A stretch of 63,653 nucleotides of DNA, the filler included, from Reclinomonas americana ATCC 50394 (lineage: Eukaryota), in the NCBI GenBank assembly GCA_048213135.1. It is 15 parts of 15 records of this genome, joined end to end, with 100 filler letters (N's around TTAATTAATTAA, not from the genome) between each part and the next. Parts side by side here need not be neighbours in the genome. Positions count along the whole stretch, not along the records: positions 19,393 to 26,608 come from AFZH01020012.1; positions 26,709 to 34,836 come from AFZH01020013.1; positions 34,937 to 38,081 come from AFZH01020014.1; positions 38,182 to 47,472 come from AFZH01020016.1; 11 more parts are not named here. One strand, 5' to 3'. Under the pieces are notes generated by a model that was given only the letters and a program-made list of their open reading frames with translations, was not told the origin of the DNA and searched no databases. The translations under genes and the position numbers were made by a program. Shown piece after piece: positions 25,701 through 38,657 of this stretch. The stretch's first letter is position 1, and each line of letters opens with the position of its first letter.

Positions 25701-28700
25701 TCCAGCATCGGCATGTCCTGGAACATGATGGCAATCATGACGCACGTGTGCAGTCCGTACGACAGGCGAATCGGCTTGTCGGGGTCGGCGCCGGCCTGCA
25801 GGAGGGCGCGCGCGAATTCCAGCTGGCCCTTGTAGGTGGCGATGAACAGGGCGCTGCACGAAGAAGTGAGTGTGAGGAGGTAGGGATAGAGGGGAGGCGG
25901 GGTGGGGGTGGCGCAACTGCTGCTCCGGCACCGGCTCCGACTCGTCGAGGTCTATCAAGAACATGGGTCGCGTGCACATGACGTTGGGGTCGGCGCCAAT
26001 GGCCAGCAGTTCTTGCAGCACCTCAAAGTGGCCGCGGACGCAGGCCTCGTAGACGGGGGTCGAGCAGCATTTGGATTGTGCGTCGGGATTGGCACCGTAC
26101 CTGGAAGTGTGTGAGAGATGGGCAAAGGGGGAGAAGGAGGGGGTGGGAGGGGCTCGCAACTCGAGGAGCATCTTGACGACTTGGACGTGGCCGTTTTCGA
26201 CGGCGGATTGGAGGGGGGTTTTGCCGTATTCCTTTTCCCAGACGTTGACTTTGCACTCTGCCATTTAGGGAAAGGGGGTGGAGAGAGAGAAGGGGTTGTG
26301 AGGGGAAGGGAGACAGGGGGAGAGGGAGAGGGGGTAGGGGAAGGGGATGTGAGAAGAAGGGAGAAGGAGAGGGGAAGGATAGGGAGAAAGAGGGAGAAGG
26401 AGAGAGAAGGAGAGTGAAGGAGAGAGAGGAGAGAGAAGGAGAGAGAAGGAGAGAGAAGGAGAGAGAAAGAGAGAGAAAGAGAGAGATGGAGAGAGAGAGG
26501 GAAAGGGAAAGGGAGAGGGAGAAAGAGGAGAAAGAGAAGGAGAGAAGGAGAGAAGGAGAGAAAAGGAGAGAGAAGGAGAGGAGAAGAGAAGGAGAGAGAA
26601 GAGAGAGANNNNNNNNNNNNNNNNNNNNNNNNNNNNNNNNNNNNNNNNNNNNTTAATTAATTAANNNNNNNNNNNNNNNNNNNNNNNNNNNNNNNNNNNN
26701 NNNNNNNNGAGAGAAAGAGAGAGAAAGAGAGAAGGAGAGAGAAAGAGAGAGAAAGAAAGAGACGGAGAGAAGGAGAGAGAAGAGAGAAAGGAGAGAGAAG
26801 GAGAGAGAGGGAGAGACAAGGAGAGACAAGGAGAGAAGGAGAGACAGGGAGAGAGAAGGAGAGAGAAGGAGAGAGAAGGAGAGAGAAGGAGAGAAGGAGA
26901 GAAGGAGAGAAGGAGACAAGGAGACAAGGAGACAAGGAGAGAGAAGGAGAGAGAAGGAGAGAGAACAGGGAGAGAAGAGGGAGAAGAGGAGAGAGCAGAG
27001 GTGGGAGAAAGAGAGAAATGGAGTGAGAAAAAGACAGAGAATGGAGGAAGGGAAGAAGAGGAGAGAGAAACGAGAGGAGAAGAAAAGAGAGAAGAAAGAG
27101 AAAGAGGCAAGAAATGCAAGAGAGGCAACAGAAGCAAGAAAGACAACAGAGGCAAGACATACAACAGAGGCAAGAAAGACTAGAGACGCAAGAACGACAA
27201 GAAGGACAATAGAGACAATAAACACGAGAGCGACAAGAGAGGCAAGAGAGACGAAAGAGAAGCAGAAACCACAGAGACAACTAGACCAACAAAAGAGACA
27301 AGAGAGGCAAGAAAATGACAAAACACACGAATTGAGACAACAGAGACAACAGTGACAAAAAGGAGAAGGAGAGAGACTAGTGCAGCCCTCTCTTTTGCCG
27401 TGCTCCCTTCTCTCAATCCCTTCCCCTTCTCCCTCCTTTCCCTCTCTTCCCCTTTCCCCACTCCCTTTTCCCGATTTCACGCAACTCGCACTCAGCAACA
27501 CATCCACCATCTCCACATCGCCTCGCGCACACGGAATGTGCATCACACTCAATCCCTTCTTGGTCTGGATGCGCACCTTGGCGCCATGACTCAGCAGCAA
27601 GCGCGCCAGCTCGTGCTGCCCGCGTGCACACGCAAAGAACAGCGGGGTCTGATTGTCGTTGTTGACCGTGTTGACGGCGGCGCCGCGGTGAATGAGTGCG
27701 CGCGCCAGTGCCACATCGTGCGACGGGTGCTTGCAGGCCAGGATGAGGAGCGTGTCGCCCAGCGAGTTGCGCGACTCGACGAGATCCGACGAGAAGAACG
27801 AGTGCTTGTTGAGAATGGCCTCCACCAGCTCCAGATCGCCGTCCGAGACTGCATTGCGCAGTGCTGTTGGCAAAGAAGTGAGTGATCTTTCTTCTCCACG
27901 CCTTTTTCTCCTTCTTAAACGCACAAACTGCTGCGGCCTCCAACTCCCGCTCATCATCGACCTCCACAATGCCGCTGACTTGCCCATTGTCGCTGTCACC
28001 GTCCTCGCTACCTACTCCACTACCCGCCTTCCCGCCTGACGCCGCCGTGCCGTCCGTCACCATTTCGCGACCCTCCTGAATGCGCGTGCGCTGGTCGGCC
28101 GTGGCCAGCAGGTGCGCCGTCACGGCGAGGAACATTTCCGATACGGCCTGGCCGGAGCGGGCGCTGGTCTCCGAGATCCACAGCATGTCGTGGCGGTCGC
28201 AGAAATCGCGAATGGTGCTGGTGGGGATGACGCGGTCGCCGAGGTCGCATTTGCAGGAGATGAGGAAGGAGACGCAGTGGGGTGGGGCGGAGCGGGTGCG
28301 CATTTCCACGAACTGCGAAGAGGGGGAAGGGTGAGGAGAAGGGAGATGAAGGGGGAAGAAAGGGGGAAGGGAGAGGAAGGAAAATGAGAAACTTGTGAAT
28401 GAAAAAGGGGAACAAACGGAGCGACTGAATGCGATGGAACGAATACAAGGAGAGGAAGGCCAGGACGTTTGTTATCTATTGCAAACCTGCTCCAGTGCCT
28501 GGAACGAGGCCTCGTTGCACTGATCAAACACAAAGAGGAGGGCGTCGGCCACGCGAATGTACTCCTCGTTCATGTGGCGATATCGTTCGTGGCCGGCGGA
28601 GTCGAGGATGTAGAGTTTACATTGGGAGGTGCCGATCTCCAGGCTCTTGGACTGCGTGGCGGGGGGAAAGGGTGAGGTGGGGCTAATAAAGAGAACGAGA

Positions 28701-30527
28701 AGAGGACGAGAGGTGATTCTCGGCGAGGGAAAACAAAGAGAGTTTCAGAGTTGTGGCAAGAAAGGACTGCACTGAATTAGAGTAGTCTAGTGGATTGCCT
28801 CTTGCGTCACATCAAAGACTTGCTTGTTGTTGTGATTAAGATAAAAGACTGACGGCCGCGAAGCGGCTGTCAGAAGCAAATGGTCGTGTCACATGGCAAT
28901 ATCTATCAAACTCAAACTCGCTTTCCTCTGACAAGGACAAAGAGCAGGAAGACGAGACACCTTGACAAGCTGATTAGTGCAACTGGCATTAAGACTTGCT
29001 GGTCTATCAAGTTCCGCGCAACTCACTCTCTGCACAATGCACAGGGCGAAAGCAAGAGACTTGACTGTTGTATCTTCTAACTAACGCCTCTCGCACAGAA
29101 GGGGGGAATGTGCCAGAACTGACACGACAAGCAGCTGACATGAAGACTTACTAATCATTCAAGTTCCGCACAACTTGCTCTCTGAATTGACGAGCACAGC
29201 GCATACGAGAACAGGCAACAGGCAAGAAGACTGGCTGTTGTATCTTCTGAATACGCACTCAGCGAGTCGAGGAAACGCGAAAGAACTGACAGGAGAAGTA
29301 AGTGACACGATATGGTGGTCTTTCAGTCTCCAGTCAACTTGCTGACAAGTACAAAACACGAAAGAGAGAGACAGCTGGCACGAGTTGGCACACAAGTCTC
29401 TCGCTCTCGCCACACAGCAACTGAAATGAAGACTTGCTGGTCTTTCTGTCAGCTGCAAGCTCCGCGCATCTCACTCTCTGGATTGCAACCACAACGAACA
29501 AGAACAGGCAAGAGAACTGGCTGTTGAATCTCACGCCCCGATGTTCAGAAGTCAAGCGAACGCCACAGAAGTGGCACTTGCATCCCCCACTCTCACCACC
29601 ATCGAGGCAACTGACGAGAAGCCTCGCTGGTCTTTCAGTCGGTTGCCAGTCTCTGTGTAAGTCTCCTATCTCTCGCCCAATTGAATAGGCAAGAGATCTG
29701 GCTGTCGAATCTCCTCTATAGCACGCCTTCACGTTTAGATCTCAAGCGAAGGCGAAAGAAGTGACATTTGAATCCCGCAAACCGACACGAGTACTTGCTG
29801 GTCCCAGCTAGTTGCCAGTCTCTACTCGACTCGTTCCTTGATTTAAAAAGCATAGAGCACAAGAGGGAAAGAAAACAGAAAGAGAACTGGTACTTGCATC
29901 TCTCACTCTCACCACTATCAAGGCAACTGAAACAAAGACATGCTGGCCTTTCAGTTAGTAGCGAGTCACACGCAACTCTCCTCTCTCTCTCTCCCTCTAG
30001 GACGCACTCACGGACACTTTTGGCGAGCAGGGTGAGACAAGAAGAGGCAAGAGAGAGAGAGAGAGAGACTGCAGGGAGGCAAGAGAGAGCGAGGGAAAGA
30101 GAGAGACTCAGAGAGAGACACACAAACAAGCTCACGAAGAGTACAAAGAATCGACGATGACTGACCTGCTGTTGTCTCTCTCTCTTCTCCCTCTCCTCCC
30201 CTCCCTTCCCCCTCCTCCCTCCTTCTCCTCCCTCCTCACCTTATACTCCATTCCCACTGTGCGCGAGTACGGCGCATCCACAAACGTGCCCTCACAGAAT
30301 CGCTGCAGCAGACTGCTCTTGCCCGCCGCCGCATCGCCTACAATCACCACTTTAAAGAGAAAGTCGTAGCAACTCGACGCAGTTGTCTGTTGTGCTTGTT
30401 GTTGTGACTTGGAGGCACTTGTCGGCTTGCTGTGTGAGGCAGGTGCGGCCATGCTGACGGCCTCGGCAAACATTACACTGCTGTTGCGACGCATGCCGCT
30501 GCTTGATGAGGCTCCCGCGCGCAACAT
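20808..30527 (-). CDS. Atypical Rab-like small GTPase fused to ankyrin repeats and an unknown C-terminal region (~20 exons)
   Basis: The Rab domain reads YDFLFKVVIVGDAAAGKSSLLQRF..YSRTVGMEYK / KLYILDSAGHERY..ADALLFVFD / LISCKCDL..ETSAR. It splices in frame to ankyrins (GDTLLILAC, NQTPLFFACARG, GKTPLQSAVENGH, STPVYEACVRGH, HTPLLLAL, GETLLDVAM), then low-complexity and repeated helical segments up to the stop at 20808. The last few exon junctions are less certain. Confidence 0.8.
28960..29960. repeat. Degenerate intronic tandem repeat (~150-200 bp units) in the Rab gene first intron
   Basis: Recurring AACTG..ATGAAGACTTGCTGGTCTTTC / CAAG(T/C)TCCGC(G/A)CA.CT near 28981, 29134 and 29419. GCAAGAG.ACTGGCTGTTG(T/A)ATCT recurs near 29052, 29222, 29508 and 29689. 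Confidence 0.75.
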
Positions 30528-31185
30528 CTTCTTTCACTCTCAGTCTCACACTGTCAGTGCCGGTGTCACTCGTGTCACGGGGTGATGATGATTGCGTTTT
30601 CTCGTTTTTCGGTGCAATTGATTTTGGACAAATGCGTCAACGGTCACTTTTTTCAGGACTTCGATGCACGGCGGAGAGTGGAGGAGCAGATGCGTAGAAT
30701 GGTGGTGCGTCTGAAGTGGTATTATGTGTTGCTTTTCTATGGTTCTTTTTCTTGGGGCCAATTTTATATTGACGTCGAAGTCGACGAGATCGACGTTCTG
30801 ACGAATTCGAAATGCTTCGTCAACACGGCTTTTGCGATTCTGAAGTACAGGCTCATTGCTCATTCTCTAATCAGCCTCGTTTAGTCTGTGTTCTTGTGAG
30901 AACGAGGCCCTCTCTTTCTTGCAAGAATTCGAAAGAACGCGCAAAATTCATGCGCATGCGCGGCGCCTGTACCTGTAGCTGCTGCTTCTCCATGTGTGGC
31001 ACCATGTAACGAGCACGGCAAAGAGTGCATCAGCACTCAGCATTCACAAAAAGCAATATTTCGAAAGGGTGCGCGCGAATTCGAAGTCGACGGGATCGCT
31101 CGCAGCGCGCATGCTATCTGCTTTCTCCTCTCTTGGTGCCTCTCTCTCTGTGTGTGCATTTGTGTATGTGCGGCGCTCTTCCCTC

Positions 31186-31232
<47 letters not shown>

Positions 31233-31885
31233 TCTCTCGTTCACGAGCTCACAGATCTGTTCGAAAATTTGTTTTCTCCGATTCCACCCTGCCCGCTCTC
31301 CACCGCCTCTGATCACAAGCTGGATACAACACACCCTGCTTCTAACTCGAAGTACACAACTCAGCTCACAGAATCACGCACGCTGCACCAAGAAAGATCT
31401 TTTCTTGAAAATGCTTGTGTCCTGTTCAGAAGGCGCGCGCGTCAACACGCGCAGAGCACGCTTCTTTGTCGTTCTGAGTGCGAGAACACTGCAAACATGT
31501 TGCCAGTGCACTTGGGAAGCATCCTCACGCTTTCCGCGAGCGCAATGCATCGCCAGTCGCGATTACTCACAAGTGGCAAATTTTTTCACCAGTGGCAACG
31601 GGGCTTGCCTCTGGAATACTCACTTGCAACTGATCGAATAGATCGTCAGTGCACCGGCGGCCTGCTGGTTTGCATTCTCTCTGTTGCGCCAAGTGCATCG
31701 TGCTTCGCCGCACACACACACGACACAACGCAAGTGTGCGCACGCGAGGAGTGTGGGAACTGTTCAACACAGCACGCTGTTGCGTTTTTCTCTCGTGCGC
31801 GCAATGTCTCGCACTCACACACACACGCGCACGCGCGTGATGGGAAGAGGCATGCACCACTGTTCACTCATTCCTTCACAGACAA

Positions 31886-34800
31886 ATGTCCGCAGTCGAC
31901 GAGCAGCTGGAGACAATGCACTCTGCGGTGATGAGAAGCGACGAGGCCGGCGTGGGCGGCAGCAACACGGTGGAGCTCATTTGCCCGTTCTGTCTGGACC
32001 TCATTGAAGACAGCAAGGCGGGTCACCTGCGGCGACACATGACCTCGTGCTATGAATACAGGCGGGTTGTCAGCAGGGACGACTTGCACGTGCTGTGCCC
32101 GCACGTTTCTCATGTGCATGATCAAGGTACACTGGCGAGAGATAACACAGGCGCGAATTCCCTCACTCATGTCAGTCACGCAGGCGACAATGGAGTGTTT
32201 GTGCATGACCACGAAGGCATCGCGGACTTTATAACGCACTGGATTCGACGACACGTGCGGGCTGACCGCGCCAAAGTCTTGGGCCCAGTGGTTCTTGGCG
32301 GACGAAAACGCAAGCGAGAGGAGCCGGAGGCCGAGGCGGATGGCGGCGGCCACACAGTGGGTATCGTTGGCGCTGCTGTCGCAGTCGAGCAGCCAATGGC
32401 GGTTGACGTGGTCCAGGCCGCTCACGTGGTCAATGCTGTACACGTTGACGCACCCGCCGAGGCCGCTGGAGACGGAGGCGGAGACATTGACCAGGCTGGC
32501 GGCGGTGTGCATGCTGCTGCGGCGGACGACTCAATGGTCCAAGACGAAGAGGACGAAGAAGAAGACGAAGAGGACGAAGAAGACGAAGAAGGAGAAGAAG
32601 ACGAGCCGGAAGAGTCAGAGGAGGAGTTTATGGACAAGGCTGAAGCGCGACTTACCGACTTTCTGCACCCGGACGACAGAATTGTGGTTGGCGGCAACGG
32701 GTATCAAGGTGGTGGAGGACTTGATGCAGTGGCCGACGACGGCGGATCAGACTGTTGGTCTCTGGACGCGGATTTTTACGAGCGAGGATTGGAGCTCGGC
32801 GCTGACATTGCCGCCCTGGACCGGCCAGACAGTGACGACGAGGACGAAGACGAGGATGTCGGAGACGACTTGTCGAGTGATTTGGAGGAAGCCGAAGGTT
32901 TGTGCCACGTAAGGGAGAGAGAGCAAGAGAGCTAGGCTCCACCACTGTGCCAATGACATGCAGCGGTGAAGAATCGGTGACTCTTTCCTCTACACCCTAT
33001 CACACACACGCACACATATACACACACACACACTCTCTCTCTCTCCCGCCCTCTGCAAGCAAGAGTCTGCCTCACGCGTATGTGTCTGCACAGAAGACGC
33101 ACACGACGGTGTTGTCGTGGGAGCTGCGGTCGCCGCCGCCGCCGCCGCCGAACCACCGTCATCGAGCCAGCAAGCGCAGACCTCTGTGTGGCTGAAGCCC
33201 AAGCATGCCTATTCAGGACTCTTTGCACGACTGCGGCGGTGTGCAGGCGGCTCTGCCCGGCTCATGCCTTTCAACATACCTGTTGGTGTACGTCGCTTTG
33301 GCCGTGTTGCGTCGGATTGTGGGCCCCCACTTAAGTCGGGTGTTGCAGATTTTTGATCCAACAATGGCGGAGCGGCTCCTTCGAAATCCTGAGTTGGTCT
33401 TCAACGCTGAGGTGCTAGTGGACGCATTCGACAACAACGTTGCGTGTGTTTACATTGTATGCACTCGGTGCGAGTCTCCTGCTGATTCGCAAACCGCTTC
33501 GCAGACTACGTTTGCTGCTTTTCGCTACCTTCCGCGACTGTACAAGCAAATAACGCGGATGGCCGAGCGCAAATTCAAGGAGCCCCGCACTGGTCAGAGG
33601 AGAAAGTACGATCAGCGCATCTTGCCAGCGTCGATGAAGACCTTGCTAAGACGCTTTCAGACGCTTCTGCACGACTATATTGAGGTCCGGCATGGTTTCA
33701 GAAATTCGTGTGTGTTTCATTTTGGCTCCTGACCCACGTGGTGGTGGACAGATCCGCGATATTCGACCGGCTGCAGTGCCCGGACCACCCATTCCATGGG
33801 CCAGTCTGGTCGCCTGGATTCGGTCGGTGATGGCGTCGGAGGAGTTGTCGAGTGCCGTCTTGAAGAGTTGCGATGCGTGTGCGATTTTGCGATTATGAGT
33901 GTGACAGCACAGCTCAGCTCCCAATGCAGAACAAGCGTTTCGCGTGCGGCCAGAGGGAATGCCACGAGCTTACGCGGGTCCTGAGACGGGCAGTCGGTGG
34001 TACAAGTGCATCGAATACCTTCAGCAGCACAAGGGTGTTAATATCAATGGTATGTGATGCTTCCCACTGCGTGCGCGCAGCACAGATTGCGCCGCTCATG
34101 CCTCTGTGCAGATCCGCGTATTGTGATTTTGCACATCCACTGCCAGACGGACGGATTCGAGAGCAGAGAGGTGGACAACGACAGCACCTACACATTTGCT
34201 TACACGTTGGAAGAGTTCGATCTGCCGTACCGCTCCGATAACCAACTGTGCACGGTTCACGTTGCGAGCATCGTGCGTGCGGCGGTGGTGAATGAGGCGG
34301 ATGTCGGCGTCGATTGTCTGTTGGGCGCGCAGAACGCTGATCTCACGGAGCTGAGTAATGGTTGGTGAGGGAGAAGAAGGGAGGGCTGAGGGGAAGGGAG
34401 GGCATAGGGGAAGGGAGGGAGAAAGGGGAGAGAGAGTGATAGAGGGCGTGAGTAGAGAAAGAGAGGGGGAAAGGGAAGGAGGGAGGGAGCGGGTGAGTGC
34501 AGTGAGTAAGTGAGTGAGTGAGAGAGCGTGAGAGAAAGACAGTGAGTGTGTGAGTGAGTGAGTGAGTGAGCGAGTGGGGAGTGAGAAAGTGAGAGAGAGG
34601 GGGGGAGGGAAGGAGGGAAGGGTGATAGAGAGAGAGGGTCAGTCTCGTGCAGGAGGTGAGAGAGAGAGGGAAGGGAGAGTGAGGGAAGAAGGGAGTGAGT
34701 GAGTGAGTGAGTGAGTGAGTGAGTGAGTGAGTGAGTGAGTGAGTGAGTGAGTGAGTGAGTGAGTGAGTGAGTGAGTGAGTGAGTGAGTGAGTGAGTGAGT

Positions 34801-36912
34801 GAGTGAGTGAGTGAGTGAGTGAGAGTGAGTGAGTGANNNNNNNNNNNNNNNNNNNNNNNNNNNNNNNNNNNNNNNNNNNNTTAATTAATTAANNNNNNNN
34901 NNNNNNNNNNNNNNNNNNNNNNNNNNNNNNNNNNNNATGAAGGAGTGAATGCAACTCAAGAGTGAGAGAACAGAAATATGCAGGGTTGGAGAGTATCTCA
35001 TGCCGTGCAGAAGAGAGATAAAGAGAGAGAGAGACACACACACACACAGAGAGAGAGAGAGAAGAGAGAGAGAGAGAAAGACAAGAGGGACTGAGGAAAC
35101 TGAGACAAAAGGGGGAACAGACTGGGAGACGGCGCGAACTCTATCACCTGCACATAGGGAAGATTGGAGTCTAGTGCGAGGGCGAGGAGGTACAAAGTAG
35201 GGGACACGAGCAAACGAGAGTGAGTGTGAGTGAGAAAGCAACAGAAAGAAAGAGGGAGTGAACAAGGTGGAAAAGACTGGGAGACTGCGCGAAACTCAGC
35301 CTTAGCAAAAGGGGGTGTGAGTGCAGTCAAGAGGGAGGAGGTACAAACACGGGGACAAAAGTCAGCAGGGTCGGAGAGGACCTCATGCCATGCAGAAGAG
35401 AAAAAGAGGAAAGGAGGATTAGAGAGTGAAACAGAAAGCAACGGGGACAGAATGAAGGATACTGAGAGAGACTTGGAAAAATAAGAAACCAGCATGTGTG
35501 AAGGGAGGTACATAAAAGGGGAACTAAGTGAATCTCACTTGACGTCGTTCGCTGCAGAGTCTCCTAGAGGGAGAGAGAGAGATAGAGATAGATCTGCTGC
35601 CTCTCACTTCCTCATCTGCACAATCCAGATACGCTTCCTCGCCTGTACTGCCGCTCAGTTTCGGAGCCGAGCACCCGGCAGGCTGTCGAAGTTCTCGTCA
35701 TTGTCACACATGGCCGAGCATTATGTGTACTTCATCAAGCGCTTTGGCTCCCTCAGGTACGTTTGATGACGCGCACCTCACGTGCGCTTTATGTTTTTCA
35801 TGTATTTTTCTTGCACATCGCACAGAAACTACTTGTGCCACCCGTTCGAGCCCACTGTCAAGCTCCTCGAGAAACTGGTGCATTGCAACTCGAATGGCAG
35901 ACAGACAGTGCGTTGATGCGTGCCGTGCACTTGTCGCACGTGTCCATGCACCAATTTTGTCCTGCTGCAACATTTGTCAGGCGATGCAGGCTATCAAGTA
36001 CTACACCGTTCGTCGCCTTGTCTACCAGTTTGCGCTCTCTGATCAAGTCACTCTTCCGTGCAATCTGACCCCACTGCCTCCGGTTTGTTGCCTCGTGCTC
36101 TTCACTTCCATGTGCGCGCGCGCGGCACATTGGTGACGATCGCATGCTTTTTGAGCGCAGAGCCCTGACAACCGGCACGAAGTCTATCAGCAGAGTGTCG
36201 CTGTGCCGGCTCCGAGGGGCCGGAACGTGTTGTTCAGCACGCTGGAGAGTGGGTGGGCGCACTTGCAGGAGCTCGTTGGCCATGCCGAATCGGTCGATGA
36301 GTTTGAGCGGCGACTCAGTGTTGGCGCACCGATTGTGGGTCTGCGGTTCTTTTCTAGCTGCATCGTGTGCTACAATGAGGTGTGTGAGAGATAAGAGAGT
36401 GAGAAAGAGATTCTTATTGACATGCCTGGCAGGTGAATCCGGGGCAGTACCTTGCGTTCACAAGCGAAGACGGGCCCCCTGTCGACGACCTGGACGACGA
36501 TGCCTACGCCGACATGGGTGGCGCACCTGTGGGGGCGGTGGTGGTCTTTGTGGAGGTGCTCGTGAGGCAGCAGCTGTCGCACGACAGCGTACGTGGTCGG
36601 CGGTCATCGCTGTGCCCCGACGAAGGTCGGCGTATATTCGCCCTGGTCGATCTCCTCGAACCGCTGGCGTTGCACCAGCCGCCCGCCAAGGGCAACAAGC
36701 TGCTTGTCGACCCCACTTGCGCCGGTGTGTTGTACCACAAGAAGAAGGAGCGGCGTGTGCTGGTCGCACTCTCGCTAGTGCAAGGCGTGGTGGAGCTCGC
36801 GCCAGCGTGTACCGACTGGGCACGTTGTGTGTGCGAGCGGGAGGAGGAAGCTGGGTTGCCGAGCGGTGCGTTGGCGCAGGGCGATTTGTTTGTGTTTTCG
36901 AGGATGCTGTGA
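31886..36912 (+). mobile_element. Intron-containing CACTA/En-Spm- or Plavaka-like (CMC-type DDE) transposase gene; middle part lost in a gap
   Basis: The spliced product starts with a Zn finger (CPFC..HLRRHMTSC), an NLS (GRKRKRE) and an acidic tract. It continues with RAYAGPETGSRW and IVILHIHCQTDGFES..STYTFAYTLEEFDLPYRS..LLGAQNADLTELSNG (first catalytic D at ~34150). After the gap come LSHMAEHYVYFIKRFGSLRNYLCHPFEPTVKLL (putative catalytic E at ~35848) and a beta-rich C-terminus. No TIRs were identified. Confidence 0.7.
34693..34836. repeat. (TGAG)n microsatellite at a contig end; similar array at ~37957-38081
   Basis: More than 30 near-perfect GAGT units, directly visible. Confidence 0.95.
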
Positions 36913-38657
36913 GTGGGAAAGGGAGAAGGCGACTGTTGGACAGAGTACTCTGTGCTGTGGTGAATGAAGCACGTTGTTTTACTCGAAGTCGGCTTTCTCT
37001 GATATCGTGGACGAGAGGAGGTCCATGAGAAGCGAAGTCGGTGTCGATAGGTGCAATGCTTTGCTTCCTTCAGTCAGAGTCACATGCAGCATTCGTCAAA
37101 GGCATCGACAACATGCAGTTTTCACCATGCTTTCTCTGATTTGAAGAGAGAAGGCCTCGAGGAGACAGCAAGGTGAAATCCTCTCGAGGCCAACATGTTA
37201 ACACGCGTTTGATTGGCTTAATTTAAATTAAGCTTTGTCTCCTGAAAGGGAAGATGACTGTTGGAGAAGTAATTATGTGTTTGTATATTGTTGGTGTGCC
37301 AAGGTCATTGTCGGCAAGGGATTTGTGGGCGTTTATCGCATTATCGGAGTGTGGTGAATGAGACGTGAATGGTGTTTTGTTTTCGTCAATTCGAAACCGG
37401 CCTCCGAAGTCAATATCGGAAGTTGCAATGCTGTGCTGCTTTCTTGGGTCAGTGCCAAAAGCAACACAGGCCTAAGACATCGACAGCATGCAGTCTCCCA
37501 CCTTGCTTTCTCTGGTTTGAAGAGGGAAGGCCAATAAAAGCTGTTTGTCCTGCATCACTTTTCTCAGGGATGCTATCTGAGGGCAATGACCCTCACGGCT
37601 ACCACCGTGCGCATCACCAACCACTGAGCGAGGTGCGCGCGACGCAACTGCGCGCAATGCGGCATGCGAGGGCCGGAAAAAACATTCCGTTTCGTGGTCA
37701 TCGCTCGGGTGTGTTTTTGGTGGTGTTTTGCTGATGTTTGTGTGCGCAGGAACTTGCCTCCGTTGCGTGGAAGTGTGTGGGAGAGAGAGGAAGGGGGGGG
37801 GGGAGGGGGAAGGGAGGGAAGGGGTGAGAGAGTGAATGAGTGAGTGCTGTGAGTGTGAGAGTGAGTGAGGGAGAGTGTGAGAGTGAGAGTGAGTGAGTGA
37901 GTGAGAGAGTGGGTGAGTGAGTGAAGGAGAGAGTGAGCGAGTGAGTGTGTGTGTGTGAGTGAGTGAGTGAGTGAGTGAGTGAGTGAGTGAGTGAGTGAGT
38001 GAGTGAGTGAGTGAGTGGGTGAGTGAGAGTGAGTGAGGTGAGTGAGTGAGTGAGTGAGTGAGTGAGTGAGTGAGTGAGTGGNNNNNNNNNNNNNNNNNNN
38101 NNNNNNNNNNNNNNNNNNNNNNNNNTTAATTAATTAANNNNNNNNNNNNNNNNNNNNNNNNNNNNNNNNNNNNNNNNNNNNGAGAGAGAGAGAGAGAGAG
38201 AGAGAGAAGAGAGAGAAAGCGCGCACAGTGGAAATTTCGACAAACGCAGATGATCCCCAGCTGGAGGGAAGGAAACGATGGATCACGGAGAGAGACAGAC
38301 TGACAAACTGTAAGTCCGACAGACAGGCAGCAAGACAGAGAAAGAGACAGAACAGGAGAGAGTAAGGTAAGAGAGGATGACCCAGCGGACGCGCTGTAGG
38401 CTGCTTGTTAGAGAGGGGTGATCAACACCTGGAAGAGTGCGAGATACGACAGGCGAGAGAGCGAGTGAGAGAGCGAGTGTGAGTGAGATAGAGCAGCGCT
38501 GAGATCAGGCGCACAACAGACACTCTCTCTGTATGTGGCACTCCAACAGTTATCGCATTCCGTCGCACACTGTTACTCGCTCGCATGTCGTCCTGCTCCT
38601 AGTTTCTCACTTCCTTCCCCCTTCCTTTCCCCTGCCTCCCCCCTACCCCCCATACAG

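Noticed and set aside
30546..31931. ORFs 30546-30863(-), 30582-30884(+) and 30996-31931(+)
   Set aside because: They have no recognisable motifs, the long one runs through a (CT)n tract, and their codon usage is unlike host exons. This is probably divergent promoter/UTR sequence, although an upstream transposase exon cannot be excluded.
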